64,000 nucleotides of DNA, taken from Candidatus Doudnabacteria bacterium. Its GTDB lineage: Bacteria; Patescibacteriota; JAQUNI01. Below, in pieces: positions 8,756-17,227 of this stretch. How positions within the stretch are numbered: position 1 is the stretch's first letter; each line of letters opens with the position of its first letter. The position numbers and the translations under genes are program-made. The stretch lies in the NCBI GenBank assembly GCA_041644975.1, contig JBAZQX010000001.1, positions 39,274-103,273 of the forward strand, read 5' to 3'. The notes beneath the pieces are model-generated. The model had not been told where the DNA came from and searched no databases. It saw only the letters and a program-made list of their open reading frames with translations.

Positions 8756-9952
8756 TTGCTTAATTGTTCAATTATTAAATTACCTATGCGCATCCTTTTT
8801 ATTACGCGCAAGCATCCCCCTACTATTGGTGGTATGCAGAACCTGTCCTATAACCTTATTCAAAATTTTCTGAAGCAAGGCAGAGAAAGGGGCGACCAGA
8901 TAGAGACAATTATTCTTAACAAGAGTCAGTGGCATTTATTTTGGTGGTTTCCTTATGCTTTATTCTTAACTTTGGTTAAAGCAAGGACAGTGGATATTGT
9001 TCATTTAGGCGATCCTGTCATTTTTTTAATTGGTTTTTTAGCGCGCGTGTTTTACCATAAAGCCGTCGCGGTAACGATTCATGGTTTGGATGTAACCTTT
9101 AATCTCTTTTTATACCAGTGGTATTTAAAACTTTTTGGTCGAAAGTTTGATCGTTATATTTGCATTTCCAGCTATGCCCGGGAAGAAGCGCGAAAGGTAG
9201 GTTTTTCTCCTTGCGTGGTGATTCCTGTTGGCGTGGACAGCAAGAAGTGCAAAGTGCCTGCCCGCCATCGCTTCGCCCGCCCGCAACGCCTTGCGGCTAG
9301 CATGGCGGGCGCGGCTTCAGGCGAGGCGGGCGGGCAAAGTGCAAAGTGCAAAGTTTTGGAAAAACATTTTTTACAGAAACATTTTTTGCCAATTGCTAGT
9401 TTTAAGTTATTAACCGTAGGGCGGTTGGTAAAACGTAAAGGAGTATTTTGGTTTATTCAAGAAGTTATGCCATGTTTACCCAAAGAGATTACTTATTTAG
9501 TAGTGGGAGAAGGGCCGGAACGTGAGAGAATTAAAATCTTGATTCAAGAGAGAGGTTTAGAGGAAAGAGTTTATCTCTTAGGTAAAGTTTCCGAAGAGGA
9601 TTTAAAAACAGTTTATAGCCTCGCTGATTTGTTTATTATGCCTAATATTAAGGTCCAAGGGGATGTTGAAGGGTTTGGACTTGTGGCTGTGGAAGCGGCT
9701 CAAAATGGTCTACCTGTCATTGCCGCGGGTATTGAAGGCATCCGTGATGCGGTGGTTTCGGGACGTAATGGTATTTTGGTGGAGTCAGAAAACCCTGATG
9801 CTTTTCGGAAGCAGATCTTGGAGTTCTTAAGGAACCAGGAATACAGAAAGAGTTTTGGTTATCAAGCCGCGCAATTCACGATGGAAACCTATGATTGGCA
9901 AATAATCGCCAAGCGGTATTACGAGGAATTTTTAAGGGTAATTAGTAGTTAG
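8756..9952 (+). CDS. GT4-family (GT-B) glycosyltransferase carrying an in-frame GC-rich insertion. The likely start is the Met at ~8786.
   Basis: It has VIPVGVD ... VGRLVKRKG ... EGFGLVAVEAAQNGLPVIA (EX7E). There is a ~30-aa GC-encoded insert between the GVD and VGRL motifs. Confidence 0.75.
   Translation: MLNCSIIKLPMRILFITRKHPPTIGGMQNLSYNLIQNFLKQGRERGDQIETIILNKSQWHLFWWFPYALFLTLVKARTVDIVHLGDPVIFLIGFLARVFYHKAVAVTIHGLDVTFNLFLYQWYLKLFGRKFDRYICISSYAREEARKVGFSPCVVIPVGVDSKKCKVPARHRFARPQRLAASMAGAASGEAGGQSAKCKVLEKHFLQKHFLPIASFKLLTVGRLVKRKGVFWFIQEVMPCLPKEITYLVVGEGPERERIKILIQERGLEERVYLLGKVSEEDLKTVYSLADLFIMPNIKVQGDVEGFGLVAVEAAQNGLPVIAAGIEGIRDAVVSGRNGILVESENPDAFRKQILEFLRNQEYRKSFGYQAAQFTMETYDWQIIAKRYYEEFLRVISS
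9258..9334. repeat. GC-rich palindromic mini-element, family A (core CCTGCCCGCCATCGCTTCGC...CTTCAGGCGAGGCGGGCGGG), lying inside a coding sequence
   Basis: It is >75% GC in an AT-rich gene. It is flanked by the direct repeat caaagtgc (~9250-9257 and ~9335-9342). The core reappears at ~62324-62363. Confidence 0.7.
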
Positions 9953-9971
9953 TAATCAGTAATCAGTAACT

Positions 9972-11006
9972 ATGAAAATTGCCATTATCTTCCCACGGCT
10001 TTCTGGTCCTTATGGTGGGGAAAAAATATTGATTAAGGTGACTGACGAATTAGTTAGATTAGGGCACACAGTCACCCTTTATGTTTATGAATATAATGCG
10101 CTCTGCGCGTCCCATCTTAATCCACACATTACGGTAGTCCATTCACGAGCATTCAAATTCGGACGACATAACCTAGATACCTTTTTTGCTTATTTAGCGA
10201 TGCCCTGGCTGGCCAATAAGATCCTGTGTGATTATGAGCTTATTTTGGGAATGACTTGGCAGGCGGCTTTCGCGCTGTGGTGGCTTCGCAAGGTGCGTAG
10301 ATGTTTTCGTCAAACCCCTTTGGTTTACCATTGTTTTGAGCCGCCGCGTTTTATTTATGATCTTCAAACCGTGACAGGCAACTCTTTACTTGCCCGTTTA
10401 ACCGCTTTTTTTATAAAACGGATTGACCGCACAAGCGTGCGAGCGGCGGATGTGATTATCAGTATTTCTGACTATATCCAAAAACAAGTGAAAAAAGTTT
10501 ATAACCGCGATTCAGTGAAGATTTATCCGGGCGTGGAAATTGAACGTTTTCAAAAATACACGCGGAGAGAGGCCAGGGAGATTTTAAATATTCCTTTGGA
10601 TCGGGAAGTTTTTTTGTCAATCTCAAAGTTACATAAAAGAAAGAGGTTGGATCGAGCCTTGGAAATTTTTCAAAAAAGAAGGAAGGACCAAAACTCGGTA
10701 TTTTATATCGCGGGTCAAGGTCCTGAAGAGGGTAATCTAAAATATTTAGTCAAACAAATGCATTTGGAAAAAGTGGTTAAGTTTATTGGCGTGGTTTTAG
10801 GGGAAAAGACGGTTCAATATATGGCGGCGTGCGATTATTTTATCTTTACTGCCTTAAATGAACCTTTTGGTATCGCCCCCTTGGAAGCCAAAGTGGCGGG
10901 CGCGAAAGTGATTCCCCGAGAGCGTCCTTATCCTATTCTGAATTGGCAAGAATCGGCGGGAAAGATGCACAGAGTATTTTTAAAATTAGTAACTAGTCGT
11001 TCGTAA
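9972..11006 (+). CDS. GT4-family glycosyltransferase
   Basis: It has the C-terminal EPFGIAPLEAKVAGAKVI (EX7E) motif and a GT-B layout. Confidence 0.7.
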   Translation: MKIAIIFPRLSGPYGGEKILIKVTDELVRLGHTVTLYVYEYNALCASHLNPHITVVHSRAFKFGRHNLDTFFAYLAMPWLANKILCDYELILGMTWQAAFALWWLRKVRRCFRQTPLVYHCFEPPRFIYDLQTVTGNSLLARLTAFFIKRIDRTSVRAADVIISISDYIQKQVKKVYNRDSVKIYPGVEIERFQKYTRREAREILNIPLDREVFLSISKLHKRKRLDRALEIFQKRRKDQNSVFYIAGQGPEEGNLKYLVKQMHLEKVVKFIGVVLGEKTVQYMAACDYFIFTALNEPFGIAPLEAKVAGAKVIPRERPYPILNWQESAGKMHRVFLKLVTSRS

Positions 11007-11078
11007 CTGCCTTACTCCTTGAATAAAAGCTGGCGAGGTGAAAAGTGATAGTTCATAAATTCACTATCTACGAGGGAG

Positions 11079-13133
11079 TTGCTTATGAATATGAATTCCT
11101 TAAATCGTCCTAAAAATTTAGAAGATACCATTCAGGAATTTTTTCTGATATTTATTATTTTTTTCTTTATTCTTTTAAGTTTTGCCATTTTAGGGATCTT
11201 TTTCAGATGGTTGGTTTTTTTGGCATTCTTTTTGTTGTTGATGGTGATAGGAGTGAGAATTTGGTATTTGAGGTCCTTCCGTCATATTTTTATTTCGCGG
11301 TGGCACAAGGGAATCTTGTTGCTTTTAATCATTGTAACTTTGTTTAATGCCTTTTATCACCACAGTATTCCTTCTTCGCGGGATAATATCGGGTATTTAA
11401 CCGCCGGCGTGATGCTGGCTCGCCAAGGTAAGTTGCATTTTCAGGATATAATTTCTCGTCCTTATCACCCTTATCGCGAAGTTAATTTAGGTCAAGACGT
11501 GGTGACCTCGCAGTTTTTGCCGGGTTATAACGCCTTTTTAGGATTTTGGTATCACTTGGGGGGTTTAAACTTAGTCTTTTGGGGCAACGCCGTTTTATTT
11601 TTTCTTTTTTTGGTATGCCTTTATGCCGTGGCTTGCAAAATTACAAGACAAAGAAAAATAGCCTTATTATCTTTATTTTTCACGATTACATTTTTCGCTT
11701 TTTTATGGTTTCCGCGGCGGACAAATTCCGAGAATTTATTTATGGTTTTGATTTGGTTTGCAATCTGGCTTTTTTTAAGGGGCATAGAGACTAAAAGTTT
11801 ACGGCGGCTTATTTGGGGTTTCTTGCCGGTTTCTCTCACGATTTTAGTGCGGGGTGAGGGTTTACTTTATCTGGCGACTTTCACTTTAGCTTTTTTATTC
11901 GCGCTTTGGAAACTAAAAAGGCAGATTAAAAAAGAAAGGTTATCCTTTTTAAATTTTCTTTTTCCATTAGCTACTATAATTCTCTTTCTCCGTTATGTTG
12001 TTCTCTATAATGGGAGTTATATCTGGGGTCACGCCGTGTCTATTTTGTACAATTTGGGTGATTTTATTGTCCTCTGGATTCCGGTTAATCTTTTAACTCT
12101 CACTCGTTATGTTGTTCTTTATAAAGTTTTTGTTTTTTTGGGTTTGATTTTAGCCGCGGGAATAATTTACGCGGTCTATTGTTTTAGAATGCGCATCCCA
12201 GTATTCGTCCGGAAATTTTCCGGAGGATTGAATAAGGGACAATTTTTGGCTGCCATAGTTTTAACTTTTCTACTCGCTTTTAACCTTATTCTAATCTCTC
12301 ATTATCATTGGCAGGAATTCGTGAATTGGCAGACCTATCGGATTCAGTATGTTTTTATTATTTTAGGAAAATACTTTTTGCTTCCTTATTTTCTTGTTTT
12401 TTTAATAAGACTTTGGGAGCCACGGTTTTTAGGGAAAGAGGTCTATTATGTCGCTTTAATTTTGCTGCCCATTATCATTTTTATTCTTGACCCTTTCGTG
12501 GGATTGGATCAGCCTTGGTTTTTAAGGCGTTTTTACCCCACCCTGATTCCGTTCCTTTTTGTTTTGGCCGCCTGGGGATTATTTAATTTAAGACTGGGAA
12601 AGAAGGTCAGAGCGACTATCATTGTTTTGCTTTTAGCGATGAACCTTTGGGTTGCGTCACCGGTGCTGTTTTTCCGAGAATATCAAGGAGTGCAAAAGGA
12701 ATTGGAAAATTTAGCTTCCCGTTTTGAAAAGGATAGTTTAATTTTGATGGATCCGGGTTGGCAGTGGCAGCAGTGGGGTTACGCTTTGCATTATATTTAT
12801 GGTCGTGACGTTTTGCCCGAGTATGATCGGTTTTCGGCAGAAGAGATGGAAAAACTCATCCAAGATTATGGGCAAGTTTATGTCATCAGCAAAAAAGGGC
12901 CAGAGGAGGAGAATATCATTGATTATCCTGGTTTTCCTCGGGAGAAACTGCGGTACCTTGATGAAGTCAGGCTTTTTTATCCTGTGCTATTAAGCACGAC
13001 CAATCTTACTGATTATATTCAAGACAAGGAAACCGCGGTCAGCACAGTGATTCTTCTGCAAAAGTATCAAGAGGCTTTGCCGCGAGAAAAGGATATTGAG
13101 GATGTTACACTTTATATATATCGGTACAAGTAA
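11079..13133 (+). CDS. polytopic membrane protein, GT-C-like (PMT_2/ArnT-like) with a ~180-aa C-terminal soluble domain
   Basis: It has ~12 TM helices, a first extracytoplasmic loop with SSRDN and a C-terminal globular domain. The family call is tentative. Confidence 0.4.
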   Translation: MLMNMNSLNRPKNLEDTIQEFFLIFIIFFFILLSFAILGIFFRWLVFLAFFLLLMVIGVRIWYLRSFRHIFISRWHKGILLLLIIVTLFNAFYHHSIPSSRDNIGYLTAGVMLARQGKLHFQDIISRPYHPYREVNLGQDVVTSQFLPGYNAFLGFWYHLGGLNLVFWGNAVLFFLFLVCLYAVACKITRQRKIALLSLFFTITFFAFLWFPRRTNSENLFMVLIWFAIWLFLRGIETKSLRRLIWGFLPVSLTILVRGEGLLYLATFTLAFLFALWKLKRQIKKERLSFLNFLFPLATIILFLRYVVLYNGSYIWGHAVSILYNLGDFIVLWIPVNLLTLTRYVVLYKVFVFLGLILAAGIIYAVYCFRMRIPVFVRKFSGGLNKGQFLAAIVLTFLLAFNLILISHYHWQEFVNWQTYRIQYVFIILGKYFLLPYFLVFLIRLWEPRFLGKEVYYVALILLPIIIFILDPFVGLDQPWFLRRFYPTLIPFLFVLAAWGLFNLRLGKKVRATIIVLLLAMNLWVASPVLFFREYQGVQKELENLASRFEKDSLILMDPGWQWQQWGYALHYIYGRDVLPEYDRFSAEEMEKLIQDYGQVYVISKKGPEEENIIDYPGFPREKLRYLDEVRLFYPVLLSTTNLTDYIQDKETAVSTVILLQKYQEALPREKDIEDVTLYIYRYK

Positions 13134-13446
13134 GTTTAAAATGTAAAATGCAAAATGTAAAATGATAGTGTAAAATTTCAAAATGGGAATTTACCATTTA
13201 AGATTTTATTTAAAATTATTCTAATTAACCTAATTGTTCCTCAGTTAGAACACTTCGTTTCTAACGGGGCAAGCTAATTATTCTAAACCCCGTTAGAAAT
13301 TTTCAATTTCTAAACGGGGTAAATAAGCCCCAATACCCAATACCCAATAACCAATATCTAAAATTAATCTTTGTTATTCCTATTTGGTCATTGGTCATTT
13401 CTTAGGTTAATTAGGTCAATTAGAACAATTAGAATAATTTTTAGAT
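13134..13446. repeat. long AT-rich intergenic region organised as an imperfect palindrome of short tandem units (aaatgtaaaatg x3; aattattctaattaacctaattgttc mirrored by gaacaattagaataatt; ccaataccc x3 mirrored by ggtcattggtcatt)
   Basis: Direct reading. The exact 13-mer ctaattaacctaa pairs with ttaggttaattag. Confidence 0.7.
13257..13320 (+). terminator. candidate rho-independent terminator (stem ttctaacgggg / ccccgttagaa with a ~27-nt loop, then a T-rich tract)
   Basis: It is an 11-bp perfect inverted repeat downstream of the 11079..13133 stop and is followed by attttcaatttc. Confidence 0.35.
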
Positions 13447-14631
13447 ATGTTTTCCCATAATTTAAAAATAGCTATCTTTTCTAACACCTTCGGTCCGCGG
13501 GATGCGATGGGTCAGCATGTGCATTTGATTAAAAAAGTTTTTCCGGAAGCAGAAATCTTTTTAGAACGCGGGAATGAGGATCCGCAAATCGCAGCCCATA
13601 CTTATTATTTCATTAAGCGTTATCCTTGGATGAGTTTGTATATGTTGGAGTGGAGATTGGGGCTGCGGTTGAAGGCGCTGGAATGGGTTTTCAGGCCTTT
13701 TGAAAAGTTAGCTTTCCGGCACGAAGCGAGAAAGCTCGTTAATTATGACATTGTCTTAGTGGAATGGGGTCTTTACCACAAAGCCATTCATCTTTTGCCA
13801 TTCTTGGCGCGTTTAGAAAAAAGGCCGCGTTTGATTTTTGACTATCACGGTGTGACACCGCCAGAACAGATTTTATCGCGAGGGAAAAGACTAATTGCCC
13901 AAAAAACGATTGAGGTCGCGAGAGAGGGCGCGGATTATGCGGATATCTGTTTGGTGCGGTCACAGTTTATGGCCGAGGAGTTAAAAGGTTTTGGTCATCC
14001 CCAAAAAATAGTGTTAAATCCCCTGCCATTTTTAGGGGCTGAATGTTCAGACGCGCATCCCGCGCAATTGCGCCGAAAATATGGACTAGAAAAGAAGAAA
14101 ATTTTGCTTTATATTGGTCGCATCTCCACTCATAAAAATTTGGAAGTGGTGGTTAGAAGTTTAGGGAGCCTTTCGCGGGACGATGTTTATTTTATTGTGG
14201 TAGGCAACAATCGTCACCGTTCTCTAGCCGCGGAAAAAGAAAGATTATTCGCTTTGGCGCGGGATTTGGGAATACCGCATCGGATTATTTTTACGGGTGA
14301 GGTATCGCAAGAAGAGTTAGTGAGTTGGTACCGTGCTTGCGATGTTTTTGTGATGCCAAGTTTCCATGAAGGTTTTTGCTGGCCATTGGTTGACGCAATG
14401 GCTTATGGAAAACCAGTTTTGGCTTCGCATTATGGAGCAATTCCAGAAACTTTGGGTGAAGCCGGTCTTTATTTTGACGCGAAGAATCCTAAGGATTTGG
14501 CGGAAAAGATAAACCAAATATTGGAAGATCAGGACTTGCAAAACAGACTAGCGCAGATGGGTAGGGAGAAGGTAAAGGAGTATAGCTTCAGGCGGTATCA
14601 GAGGGAACTAAAACAGGCCGTGGCGGATTAG
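13447..14631 (+). CDS. GT4-family glycosyltransferase
   Basis: It has EGFCWPLVDAMAYGKPVLAS (EX7E) and a GT-B fold pattern. Confidence 0.75.
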   Translation: MFSHNLKIAIFSNTFGPRDAMGQHVHLIKKVFPEAEIFLERGNEDPQIAAHTYYFIKRYPWMSLYMLEWRLGLRLKALEWVFRPFEKLAFRHEARKLVNYDIVLVEWGLYHKAIHLLPFLARLEKRPRLIFDYHGVTPPEQILSRGKRLIAQKTIEVAREGADYADICLVRSQFMAEELKGFGHPQKIVLNPLPFLGAECSDAHPAQLRRKYGLEKKKILLYIGRISTHKNLEVVVRSLGSLSRDDVYFIVVGNNRHRSLAAEKERLFALARDLGIPHRIIFTGEVSQEELVSWYRACDVFVMPSFHEGFCWPLVDAMAYGKPVLASHYGAIPETLGEAGLYFDAKNPKDLAEKINQILEDQDLQNRLAQMGREKVKEYSFRRYQRELKQAVAD

Positions 14632-14667
14632 TCGTTAATCTACCCATACCCTAGAGTATTAAATCAT

Positions 14668-14705
14668 TGTTCAATTGTTCCATTGTTTCATTGTTATGCT
14701 AGTTG
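14668..14705. repeat. tandem cattgtt(c/t)a repeats (cattgttcaattgttccattgtttcattgtt); the same unit occurs at 1600-1640
   Basis: Direct reading. Confidence 0.6.
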
Positions 14706-14725
14706 CAATAACCAAGCAATAGAAT

Positions 14726-15961
14726 ATGAATATTATTTTTTTAACCAAATACTTCCCTCCTGATTCTATCGGGGGCGGTGAAATCTCGGCTTATTACCTG
14801 GCGTTAGGTCTAGTAGGCAAAGGACATCAAATTACGGTGATCAAGAGAGGCAAGAAGGACCGAGATTATAATGAGAGCAAAAATTTAAAGATTTTAGAGC
14901 GAAAAAAACTTTTCACCACAGAGGTGCCAAATTTTGAAAGACGTTGGGCGAAAAAACAGGCGCAGATTCTAATTCAGGACATCCCGCGGGATACACAAAT
15001 AATTCATAGTCATGACTTCCATTCAGTATTGATTGGCGCGGAGTTAAAAAAGATTATCCCGGACCACCCGTTTTTTATCGCTACTGTGCGGGATTACTGG
15101 CCTGTTTGCGGTTATGGCAAAGTCAAAATAAACGGCGAGGTTTGTCCGGGGTGTAAAAGCCTTCGTGATTTTAAGGATTGTCCAAAGGTTGCTCGGGGCA
15201 ATTTGATCCATAAATATTTAAGAATGTGGCGGTATCATTATAATATTCCCCAAAGACAGGAGAGTCTAAAAAATTTTGATACGGTGGTTTATATTAGTCG
15301 GGCTCTCCGCGATGAGATTAAAAAGTCCCGCAATATTTTTTTTCCTTTTTCTACAGGAAGAGTAATATATAATTCTATTCCCCTAGAAACAGAAGATTAC
15401 ACGTCGAGTTTTAATGGGGAGGGCAAAACAATTTTATTTGCCGGTCTTTTGGATCTTCACAAGGGCGTAGAATTTTTATTAAAAGCTCTAGGCAAGATTG
15501 CTTTAAAGGCTGACTTTCAATGTATTCTAGCTGGCACTGGTCCTCTTTTTGAGCAGTATAAAAAAATGGCAAAATATTTGCGCATTGAAAATAAAGTGAA
15601 TTTTCTAGGCGCTATCCCCTATCGTTTAATGCCGGATTTGTACCGTAAGACGGATCTTGTGGTGATGCCCTCCCTTTGGCCCGAACCCTTTGGTCGCACG
15701 GCTTTGGAAGGTATGGCTTATGGAAAGGCGGTCGTTGCCACGCGCCACGGCGCTCCGCAAGAATTTATACAAAATAACGAAACTGGAATCCTTATTGAGT
15801 CTGGTAATGTTCTGGAGTTAGCCGAGCGCATTATTTTCCTTTTGCAAAGTCCTGATGAGCGGCGCAGAATTGGCGAGAACGCAAGAAAATATGTTTTAGA
15901 AAATTTTCATCCTGCGAAAATCGTGGAAGAATATGAGAGAATTTATTTTAAAAATAATTAA
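14726..15961 (+). CDS. GT4-family glycosyltransferase with a Cys4-containing insertion
   Basis: It has EPFGRTALEGMAYGKAVVAT (EX7E). The insert WPVCGYGKVKINGEVCPGCKSLRDFKDC contains four Cys. Confidence 0.75.
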   Translation: MNIIFLTKYFPPDSIGGGEISAYYLALGLVGKGHQITVIKRGKKDRDYNESKNLKILERKKLFTTEVPNFERRWAKKQAQILIQDIPRDTQIIHSHDFHSVLIGAELKKIIPDHPFFIATVRDYWPVCGYGKVKINGEVCPGCKSLRDFKDCPKVARGNLIHKYLRMWRYHYNIPQRQESLKNFDTVVYISRALRDEIKKSRNIFFPFSTGRVIYNSIPLETEDYTSSFNGEGKTILFAGLLDLHKGVEFLLKALGKIALKADFQCILAGTGPLFEQYKKMAKYLRIENKVNFLGAIPYRLMPDLYRKTDLVVMPSLWPEPFGRTALEGMAYGKAVVATRHGAPQEFIQNNETGILIESGNVLELAERIIFLLQSPDERRRIGENARKYVLENFHPAKIVEEYERIYFKNN

Positions 15962-16030
15962 CGAATTAGATAATTGCGAATTGCGAATTATTTAAAATAA
16001 AATTCGAAATTCACAATTCACAATTAAAAA
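15962..16030. repeat. intergenic palindrome of tandem units (aattgcgaattgcgaatt ... aattcgaaattcacaattcacaatt)
   Basis: Direct reading. aattcgaaattcac resembles aattacgaaattcac at 62254. Confidence 0.65.
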
Positions 16031-16041
16031 TAAATAATTGT

Positions 16042-17205
16042 ATGCTGATCGGCATTGATGCCTCGCGTGGTTTCTTAAAAAAACGCACGGGAGTGGAAGA
16101 ATATTCTTATCAAATCGTGCAGGCGTTAACAAAAGTTGATTCTCAAAATCAATATATTTTGTATTTAAACGGCCAAGAGAACAAGGAAGTGGCGCGAGGG
16201 ATTGCGTGGCCTTCAAATTTTAAATTTAAAAATATCCCTTTTCCAAGGCTTTGGGTGCATCTAGCTTTGTGTTTAATGGCTTGGCGGGATAAGCTTGATG
16301 TTTTGTTTATCCCGGCGCAGGCAATGCCAATTTTTTACCCGCGGAAAACTGTTGTTACTTTGCATGGTTTGGAATATGAGCATTACCCAGAAAGTTATTC
16401 TGTTTTTCGGCGTTTTTACCTCCGTTTTACAACGAAATTTAGCTTAAAGCATGCGGCGAAGATTATTGCTGTTTCGGAGAACACAGAAAAGGATTTGATT
16501 AAAATGTATGGTGGAGATGCGGAGAGAATTAAAGTGGTCTATCATGGTTTTAATATTATATTTCCCTCCCCCTCCATCTCCCCCTCGGGCAGGGGGAGTG
16601 ATAGCCCTCCCCTTTCCAAGGGGAGGTTGGGAGGGGTTCTGGAAATTAAAGACGGGGAAAATGATCAGTTATTTATTTTAACCATTGGCCGTTTGGAAGC
16701 GCGCAAGAATATTGTTAATTTAATTCGCGCTTTTGAACTGATAAAAAGAGAAGGCTGGACCGGGAAGTTGGTTTTAGTCGGTCAGCAGGGTTATGGTTAC
16801 ACAGAGATTAAGAGAGCGATACAAGATTCAGCCTATCAAGAAGATATTATTGAGAAAGGCTTTGTGAGTGAAGAAGAAAAATGGCAGATTTTGCAATCCG
16901 CCACGGCATTTGTTTTTCCTTCTTTTTATGAGGGTTTTGGCATGCCGCTTTTAGAAGCGTTCGCCGCGGATGTGCCGGTTGCGGTATCCAACACTTCTTC
17001 TTTGCCTGAAATTGGAGGAGACGCTTGCGTTTATTTTAATCCCGATAATGTTGACGATATAACGCGAAAGATAAGAGAGGTTTTAGAGAATAAAAACCTG
17101 CGTCAAAATTTGATCCAAAAGGGTCAAATGCGTTTAGCTAATTTTGGCTGGCAAAAGTGCGCTCTAGAGACCTTATTAATATTAGAAATAAGTCACCACA
17201 CTTAG
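16042..17205 (+). CDS. GT4-family glycosyltransferase carrying an in-frame GC-rich insertion
   Basis: It has VVYHGFN ... ILTIGRLEARKN ... EGFGMPLLEAFAADVPV (EX7E). An extra ~25 aa (FPSPSISPSGRGSDSPPLSKGRLGGV) is encoded by a GC-rich palindromic element. Confidence 0.75.
   Translation: MLIGIDASRGFLKKRTGVEEYSYQIVQALTKVDSQNQYILYLNGQENKEVARGIAWPSNFKFKNIPFPRLWVHLALCLMAWRDKLDVLFIPAQAMPIFYPRKTVVTLHGLEYEHYPESYSVFRRFYLRFTTKFSLKHAAKIIAVSENTEKDLIKMYGGDAERIKVVYHGFNIIFPSPSISPSGRGSDSPPLSKGRLGGVLEIKDGENDQLFILTIGRLEARKNIVNLIRAFELIKREGWTGKLVLVGQQGYGYTEIKRAIQDSAYQEDIIEKGFVSEEEKWQILQSATAFVFPSFYEGFGMPLLEAFAADVPVAVSNTSSLPEIGGDACVYFNPDNVDDITRKIREVLENKNLRQNLIQKGQMRLANFGWQKCALETLLILEISHHT
16563..16638. repeat. GC-rich palindromic mini-element, family B (CTCCCCC-N-GGGGGAG hairpins; contains gggcagggggagtg), lying inside a coding sequence
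   Basis: The hairpins are ctccccctcgggcagggggag and cctcccctttccaaggggagg. A 14-mer is shared with ~62414-62427. Confidence 0.7.
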
Positions 17206-17227
17206 CATAAAGTTTTTTTACTTTATA

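Noticed and set aside
9228-9413. The 61-aa ORF 9228..9413 (and 18388..18576, 19788..20051) as independent small genes
   Set aside because: These frames are opened by the GC-rich palindromic repeat elements (Arg/Ala/Ser-rich translations). They overlap well-supported CDSs in another frame and are artefacts of the repeats.
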